Notes: generated from the letters alone by a model not told the origin. DNA of 64,000 nt from Camelus dromedarius (GCF_036321535.1 NC_087436.1:36148001-36212000); one strand, 5' to 3'. Counted from the stretch's first letter, positions 1 to 11,287 are shown. Program-made: numbers and translations.

Positions 1-2595
1 CAGCCTCTTACTTTTTCTTCACTAATGCTTTGGCTATTCTAGGTCTTTTGTGGTTCCATATAAATTTTATTATGATTTGTTCTAGTTCTGTGAAATATGT
101 CCTGGGTAATTTGATAGGGATTGCATTAAATCTGTAGATTGCCTTGGGCAGTGTGACCATTTTAACAATATTGATTCTTCCAATCCAAGAGCATGGAATA
201 TCTTTCCATTTTTTTAAAGTCTTCTTTAATTTCCTTCATCAGTGGTTTATAGTTTTCTGTGTATAATTCTTTCACCTCCTTGGTTAGATTTATTCCCAGA
301 TATTTTATTACTTTGGGTGCTATTTTAAAGGGGATTGTTTCTTTACTTTCTTTTTCTGTTGATTTATCGTTAGTGTAAAGAAATGCAACTGATTTTTGAA
401 CGTTAATTTTGTAACCTCCTACCTTGCTGAATTCTTCAATCAGCTCTAGTAGCTTTTGTGTGGACCTTTTAGGGTTTTCTATATATAGTAACATGTCGTC
501 AGCATATAATGACACTTTTACCTCTTCTTTTCCAATTTGGATCCCTTTTATTTCTTTCTCTTGCCTGACTGCTGTGGCTAGGACTTCCAGGACTATGTTG
601 AATAGGAGTGGTGATAGTGGGCATCCTTGTCTTGTCCCAGATTTTAGTGGGAAGTTTTGAGTTTTTCACCATTGAGTACTATGCTGGCTGTAGGTTTGTC
701 ATATATAGCTTTTATTATGTTGAGATATGTTCCCTCTATACCCACTTCGGCGAGTTTTTATCATAAATGGGTGTTGAATTTTATCAAATGCTTTTTCTGC
801 ATCGATTGAGATGATCATGTAGTTTTTGTCCTTTCTCTTGTTGATGTGATGTATTACACTGATTGATTTGCGTATGTTGAACCAGCCTTGTGTCCCTGGG
901 ATGAACCCCACTTGGTAATGATGTATAATCTTTTTTATGTGTTGTTGGATTCTATTTGCTAAAATTTTGGTGAGGATTTTGGCGTCTATGTTCATCAGTG
1001 ATATTGGCCTATAATTCTCTTTTTTTTGTAGTGTCTTTGCCTGGTTTTGGTAGGGTGATGATGGTGGCTTCATAGAATGAGTTTGGGAGTATTCCCTCCT
1101 TTTCAATCGTCTGAAAGAGTTTGAGAAGGACTGGTATGAGTTCTTCTTTGTATGTTTTGTAGAATTCCCTGGTGAAGCCGTCCGGTCCTGGACTTTTATT
1201 TGTGGGGAGGTTTTTAATTGCTATTTCTATTTCCTTTCTAGTGATCGGATTGTTCAAGTGTTCAGATTCTTCTTGATTCAGTCTTGGTGGACAGTATGTT
1301 TCCAGAAACTTGTCCATCTCCTCTAGGTTATCCAGTTTGGTTCCATATAGTTTTTCATAACATTCTCGTATGATATTCTGAATTTCTATTTTGTTTGTTG
1401 TAATTTCTCCATTTTCCTTTCTTATTTTGCTAATTTGTGCTCTCCCTTTTTTCTTCTTTGTGAGTTTGGCCAGAGGTTTGTCGATTTTATTTACTTTTTC
1501 AAAAAACCAGCTTTTGGTTTGGTTGATTTTTTCTATGGTCTTGTTAATCTCTATTGTATTTAATTCCTCTCTGATCTTTATTATTTCCTTCCTTCTGCTG
1601 CTTTTTGGGGCTTTTTGTTCTTCTTTTTCTAATTCATTCAGGTGGTGGGTTAAATTGTTTATCTGAGATTGTTCTTTTTTGAGGAAGGCCTGTATCGCTA
1701 TAAACTTCCCTCTTAGCACTGCCTTTGCTGTGTCCCATAGGTTTTGAGTGGTTGTGCTTTCATTATCATTTGTCTCAAGGTATTTTTTAATTTCAGCTTT
1801 GATTTCCTCATTGACCCATTGTTTTTTCAACAACATATTGTTTAATCTCCATGCTTTCCTTTTTTTCTCCTTTGTTTCTCTGTTGTTGATTTCCAGTTTC
1901 ATGGCATTGTGGTCAGTAAAGATGCTTGAGATAATTTCTATCTTCTTAAAATTGTTGAGGTTTCTTTTGTGCCCAAGTACATGATCGATCCTGGAAAATG
2001 TTCCATGTGCACTTGAAAAGAATGTACATCCTATTTTGGGGGGGTGTAATGCTCTGAAAATATCCACCAAATCTAGTTTTTCTATTGTAGTATTTAATTT
2101 CTCTGTTGCCTTGTTTATTTTCTGTCTGGAAGATCTGTCTAGTGATGTTAATGCAGTGTTAAAATCTCCAACTATGATTGTATTCCCATCAATATCCCCC
2201 TTTATCTCTGTTAGTAATTCTTGTATGTACTTAGGTGCTCCTATATTGGGTGCATATATATTAACGAGTGTAATATCCTCATCTTGTATCAATCCTTTAA
2301 TCATTATAAAATGTCCTTCTTTATCTTTCTTTATGGCCTTTGTTTTAAAGTCTATTTTGTCTGAAATCAGTACTGCAACACCTGCTTTTTTGGCTTTTCC
2401 ATTTGCATGGAATATCCTTTTCCATCCTTTCACTCTCAATCTATATGTGTCCTTCTCCCTAAAGTGGGTCTCTTGTATGCAGCATATTGAAGGTTCTTGC
2501 TTTATTATCCAGTCTGCCACTCTATGTCTTTTGACTGGAGCATTTAGTCCATTAATATTTACAGTAATTAATGATAGATGTGTGTTTATTGCCAT
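1..2595 (-). pseudogene. L1 ORF2 (endonuclease/reverse transcriptase), frameshifted
   Basis: 528-aa ORF 1009..2595 (APE-type EN, TDHN motif, SPGPDGF Z-domain motif). Continues in other frames (699..1106 NYRPISL, 162..515 YADD), with frameshifts near 1020, 750, 655 and 210. Confidence 0.95.
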
Positions 2596-3001
2596 TTTGA
2601 ACTTATCTTTGTGGTTGAATTGGTATATCTTCTTTGTTCCTTTCTTCTTCCTTTTGTGGTTTGGTAATTTTCCTTTGTATTATCATGGATTTTATTTAAT
2701 TTTTGTGACTCCCTTGTAAGTTTTTGGCTTGTGGTTACCCTTTTTTGTAAATCTATTAGCCCATTACTATAACTGTTTTTATTAAAGTGATAGTAACATG
2801 ATCTTAAACCCATCCTACTGTTAAAAAAATTTAAAAAAGAAAGAAAAAAATATATTCTATATTTCCCTGCCTCCCTCTCCCACTCTCAGTGATTTGTATG
2901 TCTTCTTTTATAATTTCGTGTTTACTTTATCTGTAATTCATGAGTTATTACCTTTCCAGTTGTGAGTTTCTCATTTCTGTAGCATCCTGCTGCTTTTCTA
3001 T

Positions 3002-3901
3002 TTAGAATAGCCCTTTTAATATTTCTTTTAGCATGGGTTTAGTGTTGCTAAACTCCTGCAGCTTTTTTTTGTCTGTGAAACTCTTTATGTCTCCTTCTAT
3101 CCTCAAGGATAGCCTTGCTGGATAAAGGATCCTAGGCTGCATCTTTTTTTCATTCAGAGCTTTGAATATATCTTGCCACTCCCTTCTGGCCTATAGTATT
3201 TGTGTAGAGAAATCAGCTGAGAGCCTTATGGGGGTTCCCTTGTAACTTACTCTTTGCTTTTCTCTTGCTGCCTTTAGAATCATTTCTTTATCCTTGACTC
3301 TGGCCATCTTGATTATGATACGTCTTGGTGTGGGTCTATTTGGGTTCTTCCTGTTTGGGACCCTCTGAGCTTCCTGTACTTGGATATCTGATTCCTTCTT
3401 TAAGTTTGGGAAGTTTTCAGTCATGATTTCTTCAAAAACCTTTTCAATCCCCTCTGATCTTTCTTCCCCTTCGGGGACCCCTATTATGCGAAGATTGGGA
3501 CGCTTTATATTATCCCATAGGTCCCTTATGCTATTTTCATTATTTTTTATTTGCTTATCTTGTAGTTCTTCTGAATGGGTGCTTTCTATTGTCCTGTCTT
3601 CTAGATCACTAATTATTTCCTCTGCATTATCTAGTTGGCTTTGCACAGCTATTAGATCGTTCCTCATCTCTGTCAATGAGTTTACCCATTCTACTTGGCT
3701 CTTTATAGCTTCAATTTCATTTTCGACATATTTTATATCTCTAAACACTATCTCTTTTAATTCCTTCAGCAATTTGATCACTCCTTTTTTGAAATCTTGA
3801 TCTAGTAGGCTATCAATATCTATTTCATTGATCTTTCTTTCAGGGGATTTCTCTTGTTCTTTTAATTGGGAAAGGTTTCTCTGCTTCTTCATCTTGCTCA
3901 T
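3002..3901 (-). pseudogene. L1 ORF1 (RNA-binding/chaperone protein) with one premature stop
   Basis: 236-aa ORF (coiled coil, NLRIIGVPEGE, IRLSADFS) stops at TAG 3191-3193, where Gln is expected. The same frame continues ARREWQDIFK...LKGLF to TAA at 3002-3004. Confidence 0.93.
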
Positions 3902-4379
3902 ACCTCTCTGGCACTGTGGTTTATGGAGTATCAGTTGTTTATTTTGGTCCTTAAGGATTTTATCTATCTAATGCCTATTTAGGAATAGAACTTAGGAAAA
4001 AAAGAAAAAAATAAGAGAGAGAAAGAATTTTAAAAGAAGGGAGAAAGAGGGTTTGAAAACAGTGTATAATGAATAATAGAAGAGTGAGTTGAAGCAGAGT
4101 ATTAATCGGGTTGAGACGTCCTTTAAAACCTTTACAAAAAAAGGAGGGGGGGAAGATGAGTAGATGTATTTGAAACCTGTGTCTAATCAATAACAGGACA
4201 TCAAAACCCAAGAGAAATAGAAATGAATTAAGAAGTAAAAATTAAGAGGGTAATAGAAAATAGAACAGGTAAAAACAGATTAAAAAAAGGGGGGGGGGTT
4301 TGTCGGTGTTCTCCTGGAGTCTGTGTGCTTTTAATGTGAAGTCTTTCTGTCTTCGTCCTGTTTTGGAAGCTCAGCTTGC

Positions 4380-5564
4380 TGTTTTCAGAGGCCCTCCGTT
4401 GGCGCCCTCTTCTGTGCTGCTCCCAGCACCTGTCGGCAAGCAGATCGCGCCTCCTCCCAACACTGGGTCAGGTGCAGCTCTCCTCTGCTGTGGGCGGGCG
4501 GGTCACTGCCCCTCCCGATGCTGCAGTCAGATGTTGCAGACTGGCCAGGTAGGAGGGCGGGTCGTGCCCCCTCCCAGCACCTCGGTCACAGGCTGTGTTC
4601 CTGCCCGAAAGGCGGGGGGCCGCTCTCCCTCTACCTGCGCTGCCGGTATCTCCCCTGCTCTGTGTGGCTGCGCGCTCCGCCCTGGTCGGCGCTCCGCAGG
4701 TGGGCTCGGGGAAGACAGAAGGACAGCTTTGTCCCTGCTCCGGGCCAAAGCTCAGCTCCTTGTTTGTCTTTGTGGAGCAAGTTTTCTGAGGTACCAGGAT
4801 CGAAGGATCCTATCTGCCCCAGGCTGTAGGCCAGTCTCAGTCTGGCCTTTGAGGCTGCTAAGCCCTTCGGCGTGGATGCAGGTTTCGCCCCCACCCCTGC
4901 CTGGATGCTAAGTGCCAGAGGATATGGCGGCTGTGCCTGAGCCCCGCCTCTCTTCCTCCGAAAAGTTTCCGCGGGTTTTCAGAGATGGGGGTATGCACCC
5001 TTTCCCCGAGAGCACATCAACCTTGCTGTTTTATGGAGGGCCCAGATTGTTCTGCCCTGTGCACCCACAGCCACAGCGCGCAGCCCCTTGCGTTCCCCCG
5101 GGGCTGCCTCCGTGCAGCCGCTCCCGTCCTCTACCCAGCGTGTGCAGCCTGGCCCTGCCCGCCGCTGCCAGCCCGCGTCTCAGGCTGGGTGTCAGGGGGG
5201 ACCCTCTGTGCCCGTTTAACTTAGTTCTGTCAGTCAAGGGCTGCTCCGTATAGATCCGAACCTCGGAGGCTCCCCCTCCGTCCCGCTGTCCTCTCAGTTG
5301 TAGAGGGGAGACCCAGCGAGCGAGCGCCAGTCCTCCTTTGCCGCTCCCTCCCCGCGGGACCCGTCCCGCTCTGCTTTGCCTTTTGTTCTTTCTTTTTTCC
5401 TACCAGATTTTTGGCGTCTTTATCTTTTGAAGAGGGCAATGTTCTGTCGGAGTTCTGCAGGTGCTCTGGTTGGCTGAGTGGGTCTGTGGATGTGGGTCTT
5501 GGTGTATTTGTGGGAGAGGGTGAGCTGCGAACGCCCTTCTACTCCGCCATCTTCTCGAGAGTCC
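4380..5564 (-). promoter_or_regulatory. L1 internal promoter / CpG-rich 5'UTR with YY1 site at 5545-5553
   Basis: High GC and retained CpGs. CGCCATCTT (AAGATGGCG on the L1 strand) lies about 11 nt from the 5' end, as in other mammalian L1s. Confidence 0.85.
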
Positions 5565-7440
5565 TATAATATCCTCTTCTTGTATTAAACCTTTATCATT
5601 ATGTGATGTCCTTTTATGAATTTTGTTTTAAAGTCTGTTTTTGTCTGATATGAGTATTACTACCCCTACTTTCTTGTCATTTCCATTTGTATGAAATATC
5701 TTTTTCCATTCCTTCACTTTCAGTCTGGATATGTCTTTCATCTGAAGTGAGTCTCTTGTAGACAGCATATTGTAGGTTCTGGGTTTTTTGTCCATTCTGC
5801 CCCTCTTTGTATTTTGATCAGAATATTTAGTCCATTGACATTTAAAGTAATTATTGAAAGGTATCTACTTATTACCATTTTAAACCTTTTTCCAATTGTT
5901 TTTGTAGTTCTTCTTCGTTCATTTTTTGTTTGTTTTGATGTTTTCTTCTGCAGTATGCTTTGAGGTCCTTTCCTTTTTATTTTTGGGATTCTGTTGTGTT
6001 TTTAATTTGTAGCTACTCTGGTTTTCAAGTATGTTGACCCATAACTTTATCTACTTGCTTTAAACTGATATTTATACAAGTTGAAACTCAATCTAAAGAT
6101 GTACATTTTTAAACTTCCTTTCTCCACATTTTGTGATTTTGGTGTCCTGTGTTATGTCTTCATTCTTATCCTTTTGCTGTTCAAGTAGTTATAATCACTT
6201 TTACAAAATTTTTATTATTTTTTTTAATCTATATACTGGCTTATTTAAGTGATCTTCAGTTCTTTTCTATATTTGCCATTCCTATTGTGATTTTTCTCTT
6301 TCCTGTGAATTCTTGCTTGTTTTCTATGTAGAGAAGACTTTTCAGTATTCTTTTTGGGTAGATTTAGTATTGCTGAATTCTTTTAGTTTTTGCTTGTCTG
6401 AGAAGTTCTTTCTCCTTCTGTTCTAAGTGATGATCTTGCTTGGTGGAGTATCTTTGGTTGCAAGTTTTTTCCTTTCAGGATTTTGAATATATCATGCCAT
6501 TCCCTCTGGCCTACAACATTTCTGCAGAGAAATCAGCTGATGGACTTACAGCAGTTCTCTTGCAACTGACTCTGTTTTTCTTTTGCTGCTTTTAGAATCT
6601 TCTCTATCTTTAACTTTTGCCATTTTAATTATATGTGTTGGCGTGAGTCTCCTTGGAGTAGAAGCCCAGAGGGTTGGGTTTGATTAAGCTCCATTGCCCT
6701 TGAGTGCATGCCCTGCCCCAAGGAGGTGACCACTGAAGCAAGTGAAGCCCTTGCAGTCACAGTGAACTTAGGCACTGTACATGCAGGTGTCTGCAGTTCC
6801 ATCCAGAAGCAGCCCAAGATCATGTCCCTTTCTCCATTGTGTTTGTCCCAGACCTAGTGCTAGGCAGTGGTGTGGAGTAAGCTGGGTCTGGGGGCCAGAG
6901 TGTTGTGGCCGCAGTTGAGGTGGCTGTCCTGCCTCCTGGGACCTGGGCAGCCTCTGTGGCAGACCTCTCCAAGGACTTGTCTGCCCCAGTTCCAGCTCCA
7001 AATTACAGCGTGGAGTGGGTGAAGCTAGAGCACTCCCTTCAGGAAACATGCTGCTGCGCACACTGACTGTGTCTATCTGGTTCCATCTGCCGCCCCTGGG
7101 TGTGCACTGACAGTAGTCTCTACGATTTGGTCCAGATCACACCTCAGGTGCCCTGGTCTGTCTCTGCACAGCTAGACCAAATCTCTTCCGTGATCTCGTT
7201 CCAGGCTGTAGTGTGGAGCTAGCAGGGCCGAGGCTTTGGCCTCTTCAGATTGGGAAGTGCAGCAAGGTGGCAGCCACCAGCTGGTCTCTTTCCACCCTGA
7301 TTGTTAGCAAGCCAGCACAGGCACACTTCTCACAAGTAGAGTCTAGGTGTCTCTCATTTCTATCTGACCCAGCACAGATTTTCCAGCAGGCAAGGGCACT
7401 CCCCAGGGTGAAGGTCTGTCCATGTGGACCTACTCTCCTT
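5565..7440 (-). mobile_element. Older, decayed L1 (ORF2 5' part, spacer, ORF1 3' part, probable 5'UTR remnant) interrupted by the young L1
   Basis: 5565-6640 is similar to 2270-3340 of the young L1 but degenerate. It jumps abruptly at ~6650 into GC-richer, CpG-depleted sequence. Confidence 0.75.
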
Positions 7441-8179
7441 TACAGATGGGAGTGGTAAAATTTGATCTCAAAGCTAGATTGGGAACAGAACGTAAAGAGC
7501 CTCATATACCCAAATAAGAAGTATAGGCAACTAGAAGCAACAGAGATTTTTAAGAGTAGTACCATGATTAGAGATCAGATGTTTTCATGCTCAGGAGTGT
7601 AAGTAAAAGTGAAAGAGAATAATTATTTTGATGCTTTTGGAGACTTCAGTAAATATTGGTGGACAGAGTCAAATATTTTCCCCTATCATGTATGTTTTTA
7701 AATTTGAAACTAATACTCGTAATGGTAGCTAGAAGCAGTATCACGCACTTCTCCAAAAAACTATGTAAAAACATTCTCGTAGTTACAACTTTCAAAGTTT
7801 TAGTTAAGTCAGGGTCCCTGACTCAAAGTAAGCTTTATCTTCAACAGAATTTTTTCAAGTACCTAAAGTAGTATTATGCCTAGCCTTCTGTAAGTTTTGT
7901 ATTTGAATTGAAGCACATATATACACACACACACATATATATATTTGATGGAAATGAGTGGAGAGAAGGAAGCAAGATTAAGTGGTAAAAATAGGGCCTA
8001 GTTATGAAGGGACCTGAGAGCAGGATGAGGAGGTTAGATATGACATGGCAACAGTAATTATTGAAAGAATTTGAGATGACAAACTCATGATGAAGAAGGT
8101 ATGTGGAAAAGATTAAACTAATAGCAACATGCAAATTAATCTGACAAGAGTATGTTGAATGAGAGTTGGTATAAACAAA

Positions 8180-8300
8180 ATGGACATGGGAGTTAGGCTG
8201 ACCTGAGTTCTGATCCCTACACCACTTCTACCTTGACTAAGTCTCTGAGCCTCAGTTTCTTCATTCTTGAAACCAATATAATAATACCTTCCTCATAGAA
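8180..8300 (+). mobile_element. MIR fragment
   Basis: Core motif ...tctctgagcctcagtttcttcattcttgaaa...ataataatacct. Confidence 0.7.
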
Positions 8301-8799
8301 AAAATACATTAGCTGTCTTTTTTAGCTACATTCATACCTAATACCCAAAATACACAAAAGTATAAAACACATAATGTGCAGCAGTGTAAAAACTCTGCTG
8401 GGTAGAATTACCTAAAGTATAATATTAATGCTTTATTTTCTTATTTGTATCAATTTATATTTATATCAGTACACAACAGAATGACGTGCATTATATTTTT
8501 TTAATATAACAAAAAGCCAAGAAAGTTACTTTTTTCTTGGTAAGAATAACATGATAAAGATGTTTATTTACAGAAATATCTAATAATTAGAATAAGGTGC
8601 AGAGTCCTATTTAACTAACTAACCTCAGCAATAGGCTTATAATACATAAACATTTCCAATGCTTACTTAAATTGTGCCATGACATTTCTCTTTTTCAGGA
8701 CCTTTTTCTATATGTAACTTATAAAAGTTTTATTGAGTGTAGCTTATAAAAGTTTTATCCATTAGAATTGTGAAATAGATTTTGAAAAGATCAGTTGTG

Positions 8800-9510
8800 G
8801 TTGGAAAATGGGCCTTATCCTAAGGAAAATCCAGTTAGAAAAGCGAGATGAATTGGTAGAAGTTGTTGAAGCTGACTCGGAGGTCATTAATGACAAAGAT
8901 GATAATGATGAACAGGAAGATGAGGATGCCCGATCTTGGGACAAGAGAGAGGTCTTGATGTTTTTCTGTGATGTTGACGTATATTTCTCAGCCGAATTCC
9001 TTAACAATTAGCTGCCAGTTAAATGCTGAACCAAGTAAGAAGGGGTTTTTGCCCTGTGGTGTTCAGTCTTAATGACCCTGCCATCATTTATGCCAGTAAG
9101 GATGTGCTGCCTGCCACCTGTGGAGCAGCATCTGATTCACAAAAGGGATCTGGCTTTTGGTGAGGTTTTGGCTTTGGAATGACTTATCAGTATCGATCAG
9201 ATTTCCTGATTGGTGGAATTGACATGGAATTAAAATGCTTGGGTGAATAGATGTTCATCTTTATCTAAAATACTACCATGGTGATCTGATTGTGATTCAA
9301 ACTCCAGTTCCTGATCTTTTCCACCTCTGGCATAAGAAACACTGTGCTGATGAGTTGAGCAGTACCCCCAGCAGTACTGCAGGTGCATCCAGTCCAACGC
9401 CATGAATGAGGCCTCTCACTGGCACCTGGGAATGCTGGTCTTCCAGGAGGAGAGGATAGACACATCTTGACAAACAGGCAAACAGGACAGATAGTGAAGC
9501 TGTAGGTTAA
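8800..9510 (+). pseudogene. CSGALNACT2: Processed pseudogene of chondroitin sulfate N-acetylgalactosaminyltransferase 2; 5'-truncated, internally deleted, many stops and frameshifts
   Basis: Translates to KRDELVEVVEA..EQEDE / ARSWDKREVLMFFCDVDVYFSAEFLN, then remnants of GFWxx[45 protein letters not shown], ending SEAVG-TAA (9508-9510). These match the CSGALNACT2 C-terminus as I recall it. No introns. Confidence 0.9.
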
Positions 9511-10500
9511 CGTAATCACTGGCACATTAGTCTGAACCACAAACCAGCACTATTTATTTAGCCTTATTACAATTCCAGATGCAATGCTTTTTTTCAGAGA
9601 AGACATGCTTATCTTTTGTGTTCTTTTTGACATTATTTTACTTTATCAGTTTAACTTGGTATGTTAAATGGAAGAAGCAGGTGTTATGATGCAAAGCCTC
9701 TGCTTTGTGAGAGTACTGCACTATAGAATCACTGACAAATTGAAATCTGCTATTTGTTCCAAAAGTGGTTTTGAGTTAGTCTGTACTCCGCTTCCTAGTC
9801 TGTGTATCCTGGTTGCATCTGGGTTGAGAGATAGAATGTGTTGTACCGATGGTGGGTCCAGAGCATCCTATTCCTGCAGAGATTGACAGTGTGTTACAGG
9901 TGGAGGTTGTGGACAGGGTTCTTCACCTGCTGACTGCTGCTGCTTGGCTTTTAAATGATCTTTGGTCAGTTGCTTAAATAATTCTTTTTCACTGAAGCAA
10001 AGGTAATTAATGACACATGTGAAATTTCCAACCAGTCATGTTGCTTGGCCCCCTGAATGTCTGTTTTTAAATACTTAGGTTAAAATCTTTGACTTGATTA
10101 AAAATAGTGTGTTACTACTTAATCGTCTTGTTCAGGATTAGAAGTCAAAGTTGCTGTAGACTATTTTAAACAAACAGAAGTAAACATAGAAACATCTTTA
10201 ACAGAACAGTTAATTATGCTGGAGTATAGGATACTAGGGGTGCCTGGGAACATCAGATTATGTGAGCCAGGATGCTCTCAGGGCCCTCCTGAGTGGTTCA
10301 GAATTGATGAGCATAGTATGGTGTTGTGTGGTTTTTGCTTCGTATTGTTTCATTTAGCATGGATCCATATGTATTTATTATCCTTTTTTCTAGTGTGTTA
10401 ATTGTACTACATCTGTATTTGCCTTATTATAAGAGGTTGAGTTGAGAGGGAGTTTCACTGATGGGAGAAAAAGCAAACAATTTAATAAAGTATACCATAA
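9511..10500 (+). pseudogene. Probable 3'UTR portion of the CSGALNACT2 retrocopy (right boundary uncertain)
   Basis: Repeat-free, T-rich UTR-like sequence directly after the stop codon, with AATAAA near 10484. No clear poly(A) tail or TSD found. Confidence 0.45.
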
Positions 10501-10699
10501 AATCACACTGATTTGAGAAAAGGGGTTAGAGTGGAAGTTTGTTAAACAGAAATCTGAATTACAGAATATTTTAAAGAAATATATTACTTACAGATAGAAT
10601 GGTGTTTTAATTGAGGTGTAAATTATACTAATGAGACAAAATGAATAAGAAATTATACTCAGATAGGACTGTACTGTGTTATTTATCATGCATGGATCT

Positions 10700-10850
10700 T
10701 TTACCTTAGGGTCAATTGCTAGATCCAAAAATTGGAGATAGGGTGAAAGGCATGTGGAGAGGCTAAGTAATTTACCCAAAACTATGCAGATAATGTAGTA
10801 GTGGAACCAGGATTCTAATCTAGCCAGTCTAATTTCAGGGTCTGTAATCT
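10700..10850 (-). mobile_element. MIR fragment
   Basis: gaggctaagtaatttacccaa...gtagtggaaccaggattctaatctagccagtct, the reverse of the MIR core. Confidence 0.6.
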
Positions 10851-11250
10851 TTAAAAAAAAAAAAAAAAAATCAGCCAAAACCTAAAATAACTCATTTCAC
10901 ATGAGTAGTAAACTCCAGTTCTCTCTGCATTCAATTCCAAGCATCAGGTAAGGATATCAAAGACATACAGCTATTTCCCTACACCCCATGAAATTGTGAG
11001 GGACACCAGATGGTCCTTAACTTATCCTGTTCTAACCTACAGAAGAAAAGTTCCTGTAATCATTATTTTATTATTCTGTCATTCAGATCTCCCTACCCTT
11101 AGGCCAAGGGGCTTGCATATAATTGAGTACCCAAGGTCTGAGAAGACTTATTTAAGATTTTGTTCAATTAAATTGGCTTTGACTGAAAGTGGGTATTATA
11201 ACTGCAATATGGCAGACAGATGATATGCCCAAACATTATGGACAGACACC

Positions 11251-11287
11251 ACACACACACACACACATACACACACACACACACACA
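11251..11287. repeat. (AC)n microsatellite
   Basis: Direct reading. Confidence 0.95.

Larger units (their letters stand above)
1..5564 (-). mobile_element. Young LINE-1 with intact 5' end (5'UTR, ORF1, long inter-ORF spacer, ORF2); 3' part runs off the left edge of the window
   Basis: Long, nearly uninterrupted ORF1/ORF2 translations (EN domain [18 protein letters not shown]..., RT motif YADD in ORF 162..515). CpG-rich 5'UTR. 5' terminus GGACTCTCGAGAAGATGGCGG with YY1 core. Confidence 0.97.

Noticed and set aside
1391..3800. Long hydrophobic plus-strand ORFs (e.g. 2036..2719)
   Set aside because: Antisense shadows of the A-rich L1 ORF1/ORF2, a common artefact
4300..5439. Several 60-200 aa ORFs in the L1 5'UTR (possible ORF0 analogue)
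   Set aside because: GC-rich sequence is stop-poor, many starts are non-ATG, and there is no evident counterpart in the other L1 5'UTRs here
8716..8760. Short direct repeats (cttataaaagtttt x2; similar ones at ~42265-42297 and ~59149-59183)
   Set aside because: Isolated two-copy slippage duplications with no array or spacer structure; not CRISPR-like
8808..9011. 67-aa ORF as a functional micro-gene
   Set aside because: Frameshifted start region, premature TAG and heavily decayed downstream CDS indicate a pseudogene fragment
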